From the NCBI GenBank assembly GCA_963743305.1, contig CAVUPH010000041.1, forward strand, positions 1 through 31,196: a stretch of 31,196 bases of DNA, given 5' to 3'. Source of the stretch: an uncultured delta proteobacterium (GTDB lineage Bacteria > Desulfobacterota > RBG-13-43-22). Position numbers and translations under genes: made by a program. Positions 1 to 8,175 of the stretch are shown piece by piece (position 1 is the stretch's first letter; each line of letters begins with the position of its first letter). Below the pieces are notes generated by a model, which was not told the origin of the DNA, ran no database searches, and saw only the letters and a program-made list of their open reading frames with translations.

Positions 1-2901
1 AGCTGGCTGCTTTATGACTGGATCGGGTTGGAGGCGTCCCCGCAACTCCAATCCATCCCGGTGGCCAACCGCACCTGGATTAAGGCGGTCCAGCCCCTGC
101 CCGTCCTGCAGGAACGGAACGGCCGGTCCTGGCAACGGATCCGCCTTCAGGTCCGGCATTTCGGGAATCCCCTGGAGACCCTCATCCGGGTGGAGGGAAA
201 CGAACCCCAACAGGCGCTGTTCCGGAAGGTGTCCGAAACGGTGGAAGTGCCGGTCGCGGCCGTCAAGCGGGAAACGAGTCTGCGGGTGGGTATCGAAGCC
301 GCCGGACGGCTGTTAGCCACGGCCGGGGTGATCCTGAAGCCGGTTCGCCCGCTGACGATTTACCTTCTGCCCCACTCCCATACCGATATCGGCTATACCG
401 CCCTTCAGACCGAGATCGAAGCCCGACAGGTGAACAACCTCCGTCAGGGGATTGAAACCGCGAGGAAAACAGCCTCTTATCCTCCCGGCGCCCGGTTCAT
501 CTGGAATGTGGAGGTCCTCTGGGCCGCGGATTTGTATCTCCGCAGGATGAATTCCTCCCAAAAGGCTGCTTTTAGGGAAGCGGTCAGAAAAGGGCAGGTG
601 GCCCTCAACGGGATGTACCTGAACGAATTAACCGGGCTCTGCCGACCGGAGGAACTGCTGCGGCTGTTTCGCTTTTCCACCCAATTGGCCGCCCGCTGCG
701 GCGTTCGGATTGATTCGGCCATGACCAGCGATGTCCCCGGGCAAACCTGGGGAACGGTAACCGCCATGGCTCAGGCCGGCATCAAGTATTTTTCCACGGC
801 CCCCAATTATTTCGACCGTATCGGTAATATTTTGGAGCAGTGGGAAGACCGCCCCTTCTATTGGGTTTCCCCCTCGGGAAAGGATAAGGTCCTGGTCTGG
901 ATCCCCTATCAGGGCTATGCCCTATCCCACCTGGAAGAAAAAATGAGCCCGAAATTTGTCGAGAGGTATCTGGCCCACCTGGGGAAAACGGGCTATCCTT
1001 ATGAACTGGCTTACCTGCGCTGGAGCGGGCTGGGCGATAACGCTCCCCCCGACGCCTCCATCTGCGATTTTGTGAAAGACTGGAATGCCAGAAACACCTG
1101 GCCCCGGTTCGTTATCGCCTCGGCCCGCGAGGCCTTTAAGAACTTTGAGCGGCGCTACGGCCACCAAATCCCTCGCCTAGGTGGGGACTGGACCCCCTAC
1201 TGGGAAGACGGCGCCGGCTCTTCCGCCCTGGAAACGGCTCTGAACCGCAATAGTTCCGACCGCCTCACTCAGGCCGAGGCCTTGTGGGCCCTTTCCCAGC
1301 CTCGAGGATATCCGGTCGTTGACTTCGAAGAGGCCTGGCGCCGGGTCTTGCTCTTTTCCGAACACTCCTGGGGCGCCATGGACAGCGTGACCGCTCCGGA
1401 GGCCCCCCTGACCCGGGAGCAGTGGAGGATCAAACAATCCTACGCGCGTCAGGCCGACCGACAATCCAGGGACTTGTTGGCGCGAGCCCTGGAAAAGAGG
1501 GGAGGTGAAATTCGGCCCAACGACTCGAACAGGCCGCAGTTCGCGGAGAATTCCAAAATGGTCAAGCCGGAAGTCGATGTCTTCAACACCACCTCCTGGC
1601 CGCGCACGGAACTGGTTTTCCTGCCCCGGGAAATTTTCTCCGGCGGGGACCGGGTCTCCGATCTCCAGGGACGACCGGTCCCTTCCCAACGGCTAACCAA
1701 CGGTGATCTGGCCTTTCTCGCCCGCGAGGTGCCGGCCTTCGGGGGAAAACGTTTTCGACTTTCGGCGGGGGCCCCCTTTCGGGATGGAAAGGTCAAGGCG
1801 GAGGGGACGGTCCTGGACAATGGAATTTTACGCCTCCGAGTCGATGAGCGAACCGGGGGGATCGTGGATTTGAGGACCCCTTCGATCGAAGGCAACCTGG
1901 TCGATACCGCTTCCGGTCAGGCCCTGAACGACTACCTCTATCTAAGAGGAAATAATCTGGCCGACTTGAAGCGTAACGGGTCGGTCAAGATAACGGTCAA
2001 GGAACCCGGACCGCTTCTGGCTTCCCTGCTGATCGAATCCGAGGCCCCGGGGTGTAACAGGTCGCTCCGGGAGATACGCTTGAGCGCCGGATCGGATGTT
2101 CTGGAGTTGATCAATACGGTGGACAAAAAGCGTCTGGAGGCCAAAAATTATCTGGAACCCCGGGGAAAGGAGAGCGTCAATTTCGCCTTCCCCTTTAACG
2201 TTCCCCGGGGGCAGATGCGGATCGATTTGCCTCTGGCCGTCATGAGACCGGAAATCGATCAGTTGCCCGGTTCCTGCAAGAATTGGCTCACCGTGGGCCG
2301 GTGGGTGGATATTTCCAATAGTCAATACGGCATCACCTGGGTTACCCGAGACGCACCGCTGATTCAGGTGGGCGGTCTGACCGCGACCTTACTCAACTCC
2401 CAGACCAATCCCCGGGTTTGGCGAAAGAAGATCGAGCCTACCCAAAAATTTTACGCCTGGGTGATGAATAATCACTGGGGTACGAATTACCGCGCCTATC
2501 AGGAAGGACCGGTGACCTTTCGTTTTCTGCTGCGCCCCCACGGGCCTTCCAATCCGGCCGAGGCCTCCCGTCTGGCCATCGGCTTCAGCCAGCCCCTCCT
2601 GGTCACTCTGTCCCGGAGCGATACTCCTCCGGAGCGCACGCCCTTACTCCAGGCGTTCTCCAAGGAAGTGCTGATCACGTCCTTGAAACCGAGCGACGAC
2701 GGCCGGGCATTGATGGTCCGGCTTTTCGGGGCCGCTGGTCGGACAGTCAGGACGACCCTGGTCTGGGCCCGTGGGGCGCCGGAAAAACTCTGGCGGAGCG
2801 ATACCAGCGAAAAACCCGAGCGGCGCCTGACCGGCCCGATTGAGGTACCCGCCTATGGTTTAGTAACCCTGCGGGCGGAGTGGCGTCCCCAGCTAAAATA
2901 A
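1..2901 (+). CDS. GH38-like glycoside hydrolase (alpha-mannosidase family), 5'-partial
   Basis: The frame is open from base 1 (SWLLYDWIGLEA...), so the real start lies upstream. GH38 N-terminal metal motif IYLLPHSHTDIGY, nucleophile-region SDVPG, middle-domain EHSWG and a beta-rich C-terminal domain (NNHWGTNY). Confidence 0.8.
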   Translation, partial: SWLLYDWIGLEASPQLQSIPVANRTWIKAVQPLPVLQERNGRSWQRIRLQVRHFGNPLETLIRVEGNEPQQALFRKVSETVEVPVAAVKRETSLRVGIEAAGRLLATAGVILKPVRPLTIYLLPHSHTDIGYTALQTEIEARQVNNLRQGIETARKTASYPPGARFIWNVEVLWAADLYLRRMNSSQKAAFREAVRKGQVALNGMYLNELTGLCRPEELLRLFRFSTQLAARCGVRIDSAMTSDVPGQTWGTVTAMAQAGIKYFSTAPNYFDRIGNILEQWEDRPFYWVSPSGKDKVLVWIPYQGYALSHLEEKMSPKFVERYLAHLGKTGYPYELAYLRWSGLGDNAPPDASICDFVKDWNARNTWPRFVIASAREAFKNFERRYGHQIPRLGGDWTPYWEDGAGSSALETALNRNSSDRLTQAEALWALSQPRGYPVVDFEEAWRRVLLFSEHSWGAMDSVTAPEAPLTREQWRIKQSYARQADRQSRDLLARALEKRGGEIRPNDSNRPQFAENSKMVKPEVDVFNTTSWPRTELVFLPREIFSGGDRVSDLQGRPVPSQRLTNGDLAFLAREVPAFGGKRFRLSAGAPFRDGKVKAEGTVLDNGILRLRVDERTGGIVDLRTPSIEGNLVDTASGQALNDYLYLRGNNLADLKRNGSVKITVKEPGPLLASLLIESEAPGCNRSLREIRLSAGSDVLELINTVDKKRLEAKNYLEPRGKESVNFAFPFNVPRGQMRIDLPLAVMRPEIDQLPGSCKNWLTVGRWVDISNSQYGITWVTRDAPLIQVGGLTATLLNSQTNPRVWRKKIEPTQKFYAWVMNNHWGTNYRAYQEGPVTFRFLLRPHGPSNPAEASRLAIGFSQPLLVTLSRSDTPPERTPLLQAFSKEVLITSLKPSDDGRALMVRLFGAAGRTVRTTLVWARGAPEKLWRSDTSEKPERRLTGPIEVPAYGLVTLRAEWRPQLK

Positions 2902-3038
2902 AACAGGGTCGGTTTCGAATCAACGGGATCATGAGCGAGTTGGGCAATTAGGCAAAGGGCCTAATCTGAGGGGAGGAAATGGGCTAAAGGGAATTTAAAA
3001 AAAATAAAGCTAAAGTGAACTAAATTCGGTCGATAGCC

Positions 3039-3077
3039 GTTTCCTGGACCCCCTTACCTGACCCGGGGTCCGGAAAC
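3039..3077. terminator. Hairpin between convergent genes
   Basis: GTTTCC(T)GGACCCC ... GGGGTCCGGAAAC inverted repeat just past the stop of the minus-strand gene ending at 3085. Confidence 0.5.
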
Positions 3078-3084
3078 AACTATT

Positions 3085-3524
3085 TTAAAATCTTGCGGCA
3101 CTATAGGGCACGTGCTTGGGTGGAGAATGCCAATACTCAATGAACTCAATATTCATACTGCCATTGGCGGCTATCGTGCAGTCTAATTCACCATCACCCA
3201 CCCCCGGGATTGGTGAAAGGGCCTATGAAAGTTCCGCCCGTAAATGACCAGACCCCCGAAAAATGGGGAAAAGCCTTATCTGGAATGTCAGCCCAAACGA
3301 AAGTATTGTTTGATTCGATAAATAAATAATCGATGTGCACCCGTAGTATCTGAAACCGCCCATGATCCAATGAACTGCTCAGGAGTAACCGGTGGAGGGG
3401 GAGGAGCACTGGAGATTAACGGCAGGTAAAGGGTCTGAGGTCCGGCCAGGCAATTGCTGCCCACGACCCCTGCCAGCAGTGAGATGGCCAATACCGCGAT
3501 CACTAGGGCACTCAGTTTTTTCAT
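3085..3524 (-). pseudogene. Secreted hypothetical protein (~145 aa) interrupted by two +1 frameshifts (pseudogene or sequencing error)
   Basis: Signal peptide MKKLSALVIAVLAISLLAG with a GGAG RBS. Removing one G near 3341 and one in the G run near 3203 joins ORF 3288..3524, ORF 3194..3409 and a third frame ending ...HSPPKHVPYSAARF* at 3085. Confidence 0.65.
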
Positions 3525-3825
3525 CCAATCCGCTCCCTACCTAATTATTTTTACTGCCAATATTTTTCCCGGGGACGCTAAGCCCCCTCTAATTCCGACC
3601 TGAATACGAACTGCCTGTTGCTATTACCACATTATAATAAGGCCGGGCAAGAATAAAATAGGCCTGGGAGGAAAAAGTATTCACCACCGGCTGATGGCTT
3701 TCCTTTTTTATGAGGTTTCGCCTGACCTTCTTTGGTGCCCATTCGAACAGGAGTGCCATCGGAGGTAAATTTCCCTTTTCTTATGGCCTAACGCGGCGCT
3801 GACCCATCCCCGTGATCCCTATTTC

Positions 3826-3879
3826 AAAAAATAAAAGGGGCTCTTCTCGCAGTAAGGAGAAGAGCCCCTTTTATTTTTT
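3826..3879. terminator. Intrinsic, probably bidirectional terminator after tRNA-Val
   Basis: Perfect 23-bp inverted repeat AAAAAATAAAAGGGGCTCTTCTC - 8 nt loop - GAGAAGAGCCCCTTTTATTTTTT. Confidence 0.85.
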
Positions 3880-3955
3880 TGGTGGGCGGTGAGAGATTTG
3901 AACTCTCGACTTCCACCGTGTGAGGATGGCACTCTAACCGCTGAGTTAACCGCCC
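3880..3955 (-). tRNA. tRNA-Val (anticodon CAC)
   Basis: Minus strand reads GGGCGGTTAACTCAGCGGTTAGAGTGCCATCCTCACACGGTGGAAGTCGAGAGTTCAAATCTCTCACCGCCCACCA: 76 nt cloverleaf, GTTCAAAT T-loop, CAC anticodon, encoded CCA. Confidence 0.97.
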
Positions 3956-3963
3956 GGAAAGAA

Positions 3964-3991
3964 CGCTGAGCGCCGAGAGCTGAGCGCTTAG
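3964..3991. repeat. Heptamer tandem repeat (CGCTGAG-like x4) in the tRNA leader
   Basis: CGCTGAG CGCCGAG AGCTGAG CGCTTAG. Confidence 0.75.
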
Positions 3992-4013
3992 CGGAAAAGC
4001 CGATAGAAAAGTC

Positions 4014-4042
4014 AATTTAACTAAAACCGTGGAAAAATTCAA
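4014..4042 (-). promoter_or_regulatory. sigma70-like promoter for tRNA-Val
   Basis: TTGAAT-17 nt-TAAATT on the minus strand, about 60 nt upstream of the tRNA. Confidence 0.5.
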
Positions 4043-4121
4043 GTAAAAAGAGGATCCCCGGTTGGTCCCCATCACCTCGCAAAAAGGCCAAAAGCGGTTT
4101 TTCGCTCGGCGGGTGATCGCA

Positions 4122-4919
4122 TCAGGAAGGACTGGGTTTGCCCCCGGCTCGGGAACGGACTTTTGGCGAGTCCGCCATCTGCCGCAATTCCTGAATTTCT
4201 TCCTGGGTCAGGGCCCGGATTTTCCCCACCGGAAGCCGGCCCAGTTTCAGGGGCCCCAGAGACACCCGCTTCAAGGTCAGTACCAGGTGACCGACGGCCT
4301 CAAACATCTTTTTGATCTGATGCTTTTCTCCTTCCCGAATAGTCACGAACAGCCAGGCTCGGTCCTCGCCGGTCTTGATCAGCTCGACATCGGCGCGGTG
4401 TCTTCCCCCTTCCGGGAGTTGAACCCCTTCCCCCAACCGCTCCAAGGCTTCCTGGGTGGGGAGTCCACTCACCTTAACCCGGTAGGTCTTGGGGACCTGA
4501 AAACGGGGGTGTTGAAGAATCTGGGCCAGCCGTCCGTCATTGGTCAGCAATATCAGGCCGTCGGCGTCCCAATCGAGCCGACCGACCGGGAAGACCCGCT
4601 CCTTGATCCGGGCCCCTTTAAGAAAGTCTTTCAAGGTTGGGCGTCCCTGGGGATCGTGCAGCGTGGACAATACCAGCCGGGGTTTATGCAGCAGATAATA
4701 GACCCGGGATTCCCGGAAAGCAAGGGGTTGGCCGTCCACCTCGATCATCTGGAGGTCGGGATCGACCTTGACTCCGAGCTGGGTGACGACCTTTCCGTCA
4801 ACGGAGACCCGCCCGGCCTGGATCAGGTCCTCCGCTTTGCGACGCGAGGCCAGTCCGGCCTGAGCCAGGACCCGCTGCAGTCGCTGCTCATTCGACTTCG
4901 GTTTCGGCTTCGGTTTCAT
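4122..4919 (-). CDS. rluB: rRNA pseudouridine synthase (RsuA/RluB family)
   Basis: S4 domain (RLQRVLAQAGLASRRKAE), catalytic PVGRLD motif, REGEKHQIKKM; position after scpAB. Confidence 0.92.
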   Translation of the reverse strand: MKPKPKPKSNEQRLQRVLAQAGLASRRKAEDLIQAGRVSVDGKVVTQLGVKVDPDLQMIEVDGQPLAFRESRVYYLLHKPRLVLSTLHDPQGRPTLKDFLKGARIKERVFPVGRLDWDADGLILLTNDGRLAQILQHPRFQVPKTYRVKVSGLPTQEALERLGEGVQLPEGGRHRADVELIKTGEDRAWLFVTIREGEKHQIKKMFEAVGHLVLTLKRVSLGPLKLGRLPVGKIRALTQEEIQELRQMADSPKVRSRAGGKPSPS

Positions 4920-5448
4920 CGGGGTCTTCGCTTAAGCTTTTGATTTCTTCCAAAGAGGGCAGGGCCGACAAGTCTTTGAGCTCGAACAGCTCCAGGAAGC
5001 GCTTGGTGGTGCCGTAAAGGATGGGTCGTCCGGGAATTTCCTTGCGCCCCAGAATGCGAATGAGGTTTTTCTCCAACAGGGTGCGCAGGATGCCGTCCAC
5101 TTCCACCCCTCGCAGCAGGGCGATGTCGCCCTTCACTACCGGCTGCTTGTAGGCAATGATGGCCAGGGTCTCCAGGGACGCCTTGCTCAGGCGGGTGGGG
5201 GCGGCTTTTTTCATCAGCTTGATCCACTCACTGTAGCGGGGTTTGGTCCGGAACTGAAGCCCCTCCGCCACTTCTTGTAAATAGAGGCCCCGGTCCGGGG
5301 AGTCGTAATCGGCTTTCAAGGTCTGCAGGGCCTCTTCCACGGCCTTGGCGGTGAAGCTTTCCCCTAAAACCTCCTGCACCCTTTTGGGCGTCAGCGGGGT
5401 AGGGGAGACAAATATCAGGCATTCCAATAAGGGTTTTAATTCATCCAT
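4888..5448 (-). CDS. scpB: SMC-Scp complex subunit ScpB
   Basis: LSKASLETLAIIAYKQP and GRPILYGTTKRFLELF motifs. Confidence 0.96.
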   Translation of the reverse strand: MDELKPLLECLIFVSPTPLTPKRVQEVLGESFTAKAVEEALQTLKADYDSPDRGLYLQEVAEGLQFRTKPRYSEWIKLMKKAAPTRLSKASLETLAIIAYKQPVVKGDIALLRGVEVDGILRTLLEKNLIRILGRKEIPGRPILYGTTKRFLELFELKDLSALPSLEEIKSLSEDPDETEAETEVE

Positions 5449-5454
5449 AGTCTA

Positions 5455-6177
5455 TTAGGAGAGTTGCGCCGGAGGCTCGGCCTTGAAAATGTGGACTTTC
5501 TCCCCGTGCACCTGCTGGTAAATTAGAATTTTATGCTGGCGGACCAACTCCAGTAAGGCCAGGAAGACGACGATGATTTCGGCCCGGGTGAAGGGGGAAG
5601 GCAGAAGCCCCTCCAACAAGATCTGCCCCGCGGCAGCCAACCGGGCTAAAATCTCCTCCATCTTCATTTCCAGGGGGACCAGCGGGCTGGGGGCCTGGAA
5701 GAAGGATTCCTGCTCGACCGTCTGCAGGATCTTCCGGATGGCGTCGATCAATTCAAACAGGCCGACCCGGATCAGGCCCTCTTCCTTGCCTTCCATTTCC
5801 GGCGCCAAAAAATCACGGACAAAGACATCCCGATAAAGCAGAGGGCGCTGGCCCAGTTGCAAGGCGGCCTCTTTAAGCTGCAGGTATTCAATCAACGGTC
5901 GGGTGATCTCTTCTAAGGGGTCATCCTCCTCGCTTTCTTCCGCAGGGCGGGGAAGCAGCATCTTGGATTTGATATGCACCAACGTGGCGGCCATGACCAG
6001 GAAGTTTCCGGCCAGGTTGATATTCAAGTCTTTCATCAAATCCAGATATTCCAGGTATTGTTCGGTAATCACGGCGATGCGGATATCGTAGATATCCATC
6101 TCGTTTTTTTTAATCAGGTGCAGGAGGAGGTCCATAGGACCCTCGAAAATATCCAGTTTAACGGTGTAGTCCATCAT
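5455..6177 (-). CDS. scpA: Segregation and condensation protein A (kleisin)
   Basis: FEGPMDLLLHLI, FLVMAATLVHIKSKMLLP and FLALLEL motifs. Confidence 0.96.
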   Translation of the reverse strand: MMDYTVKLDIFEGPMDLLLHLIKKNEMDIYDIRIAVITEQYLEYLDLMKDLNINLAGNFLVMAATLVHIKSKMLLPRPAEESEEDDPLEEITRPLIEYLQLKEAALQLGQRPLLYRDVFVRDFLAPEMEGKEEGLIRVGLFELIDAIRKILQTVEQESFFQAPSPLVPLEMKMEEILARLAAAGQILLEGLLPSPFTRAEIIVVFLALLELVRQHKILIYQQVHGEKVHIFKAEPPAQLS

Positions 6178-6180
6178 CGT

Positions 6181-6280
6181 CGCGAGGCGCAGAAGCGCAG
6201 AGCGCCTAGCGCAAAAAAATTATTAAAACGCTTAACGGGTTTCAGAATAACGCTCAGCGCCCAGCGCTCCGCGCTCCGCG
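6181..6280. repeat. Two loosely inverted heptamer arrays (CGCnnAG / CGCTCCG) around an AT-rich spacer
   Basis: CGCGAGG CGCAGAAG CGCAGAG CGCCTAG ... CGCTCAG CGCCCAG CGCTCCG CGCTCCG fills the trpS-scpA gap. Confidence 0.7.
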
Positions 6281-6286
6281 TCTTTT

Positions 6287-7279
6287 TTAGAAGCCGATCA
6301 ATTCCCGCACGCCGGCCAGGGTTCGCTCGGCAAAGGCCCTGGATTTGCGGTTACCATCCTCCAGAATCTGGCGGACCTCGTCGAGATTTCGGCTCAAGTA
6401 CTCCCGCTTGGCCCGGACCGGTTCCAGGGCCAGGGTCACCCTATCAATCAGCCGTTTTTTGCAGTCCACGCAACCGATGCCCGCTTTTCGGCATTCCCGG
6501 TTGATTTCGGCAATGGTTTCCGGCGGGGAATAAATCTTATGGAAAGGAAACAGGACGCAGACCTCGGGATCACCCGGGTCATTCCGCCTGGCCCGTTGGG
6601 GGTCGGTGACCATCTGGGAGAGTTTGCGGCGGACCTCCTCCAAAGAGTCGGAGAGGAAAACGGAATTATTGTAGCTTTTGCTCATTTTCCGGCCGTCGAT
6701 ACCCAGCAGTTTGGGCACCTCGGTGAGCAATAACTCCGGTACCGGGAAGAACTCGCCGTAGAGGAAATTAAAGCGTCGGGCGATTTCCCGGGTCATTTCC
6801 ACGTGCGGCGCCTGGTCGATGCCCACCGGCACGGCATGGGCCTGGTACATGAGGATATCCGCGGCTTGCAGCACCGGGTAGCCCAGAAAGCCGTAGGTGG
6901 CGATGTCTTTACTTTCCAGTTCCTGCTGCTGTTCCTTGTAGGTGGGATTTCGTTCCAGCCAGGCCAGGGGGGTGATCATGGACAGGATCAGGTGGAGTTC
7001 CGCGTGTTCCTTAACGGCCGATTGTAGAAAAAAAGTACAGATTTCGGGATCGAGCCCGACGCTGATCCAATCGATGACCATTTCCAGGATATGGGCCTGG
7101 ATGCCCTTGGGGTCCTTATATTCCGTGGTCAGGGCGTGCCAGTCGGCGATGAAAAAGAAACACTGATATTCATACTGGAGTTCTTTCCAGTTGGCCAGGG
7201 CGCCGTGCAGATTGCCCAAATGCAGATTCCCGGTCGGGCGCATACCGCTTAATATTCTCTTTTTAGTGGGTTTTTCCAT
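6287..7279 (-). CDS. trpS: Tryptophanyl-tRNA synthetase
   Basis: SGMRPTGNLHLGN (HIGH-like), YPVLQAADIL, VPVGIDQ, KMSKS. Confidence 0.97.
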   Translation of the reverse strand: MEKPTKKRILSGMRPTGNLHLGNLHGALANWKELQYEYQCFFFIADWHALTTEYKDPKGIQAHILEMVIDWISVGLDPEICTFFLQSAVKEHAELHLILSMITPLAWLERNPTYKEQQQELESKDIATYGFLGYPVLQAADILMYQAHAVPVGIDQAPHVEMTREIARRFNFLYGEFFPVPELLLTEVPKLLGIDGRKMSKSYNNSVFLSDSLEEVRRKLSQMVTDPQRARRNDPGDPEVCVLFPFHKIYSPPETIAEINRECRKAGIGCVDCKKRLIDRVTLALEPVRAKREYLSRNLDEVRQILEDGNRKSRAFAERTLAGVRELIGF

Positions 7280-7325
7280 GAATTTCCTAATGCTCCCTTA
7301 ATACGAAAATAGAAGTTCGTGTTTG

Positions 7326-7386
7326 GTCATCCCAGCGATCCGTGAAGGTCCTTCACTGCTGGATCCGGCGTTCGCCGGAATGCGAC
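7326..7386. repeat. Degenerate REP-like palindromic element upstream of trpS
   Basis: GTCATCCCAGCGATCC ... CTGGATCCGGCGTTCGCCGGAATGCGAC, with an internal CCGGCG-TT-CGCCGG hairpin. Confidence 0.45.
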
Positions 7387-7506
7387 CAACAATTGAATAT
7401 AAATATGCTTGGGAGCCGGGCAGGCTTATACACTTGCCCCGGACATTCATCTATTGATAATTCAATTGATTATTAAAGAAAAGAAGTTACCTTGTGTCTC
7501 CCCCCC

Positions 7507-8175
7507 TTACAACAGCATCGAGCTCCCCAGGAATAACCGGGCAAATAAGAAAATGAAGGGCGTAATAACCCAGTCCAGGATATGGGTGAATAACAGCGCC
7601 AGGAGAATCAGAAAACCAAAAGGTTCGATCCGGCTGTACTGGTAAGCCGCCCGGGGAGATAAAAGTCCGGCTAAAACCTTGCCGCCATCCAGGGGAGGGA
7701 TGGGAATCAGGTTAAAAACGGCCAGGGCCACGTTGATGAAAACGCCATATTGGCAGATCAAGATCAGCGGCTTGAAGAGTATCTGGACCGCCTCGACCGG
7801 AAGCAGGGGGAGCCCAAATAATAACAATCGAAAGAAAAGCGAGAAGATAAAGGCCAAAAGAAAATTGGCCAAGGCCCCCGAGGCGGCCACCCAGACCATA
7901 TCCCGTTTGGGGTTCCTTAAGTTGTTAAAGTTGACCGGCACCGGTTTGGCATAACCAAACAAAAAAGGGGCGTGGGACAGGATCAGCAGGCCCGGGAGCA
8001 GCAGGGTGCCGATGGGATCGATATGGGCCAGGGGGTTGAGGGTCAGACGCCCGGCCATTTTGGCCGTGGGATCGCCTAAACGGTTAGCTACCCAGCCGTG
8101 AGCAACTTCATGGAGGATGATGGCCAGAAGCAAGGGAATGGCCATGATGCTGATTTGTTGAATGGTTTCACTCAT
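7507..8175 (-). CDS. Site-2 protease family (peptidase M50) membrane metalloprotease
   Basis: HEVAHG (HExxH) and FNLIPIPPLDGG (NxxPxxxxDG) motifs; multiple hydrophobic segments. Confidence 0.95.
   Translation of the reverse strand: MSETIQQISIMAIPLLLAIILHEVAHGWVANRLGDPTAKMAGRLTLNPLAHIDPIGTLLLPGLLILSHAPFLFGYAKPVPVNFNNLRNPKRDMVWVAASGALANFLLAFIFSLFFRLLLFGLPLLPVEAVQILFKPLILICQYGVFINVALAVFNLIPIPPLDGGKVLAGLLSPRAAYQYSRIEPFGFLILLALLFTHILDWVITPFIFLFARLFLGSSMLL

Noticed and set aside
3011-3036. sigma28-like TAAA-N14-GTCGATAG on the plus strand
   Set aside because: The spacer is short and no plus-strand gene follows, only a hairpin; it cannot be told apart from chance.
7280-7506. T-box riboswitch or Trp attenuator upstream of trpS
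   Set aside because: No GGTGGNACC T-box motif and no Trp-rich leader peptide were found on the minus strand.
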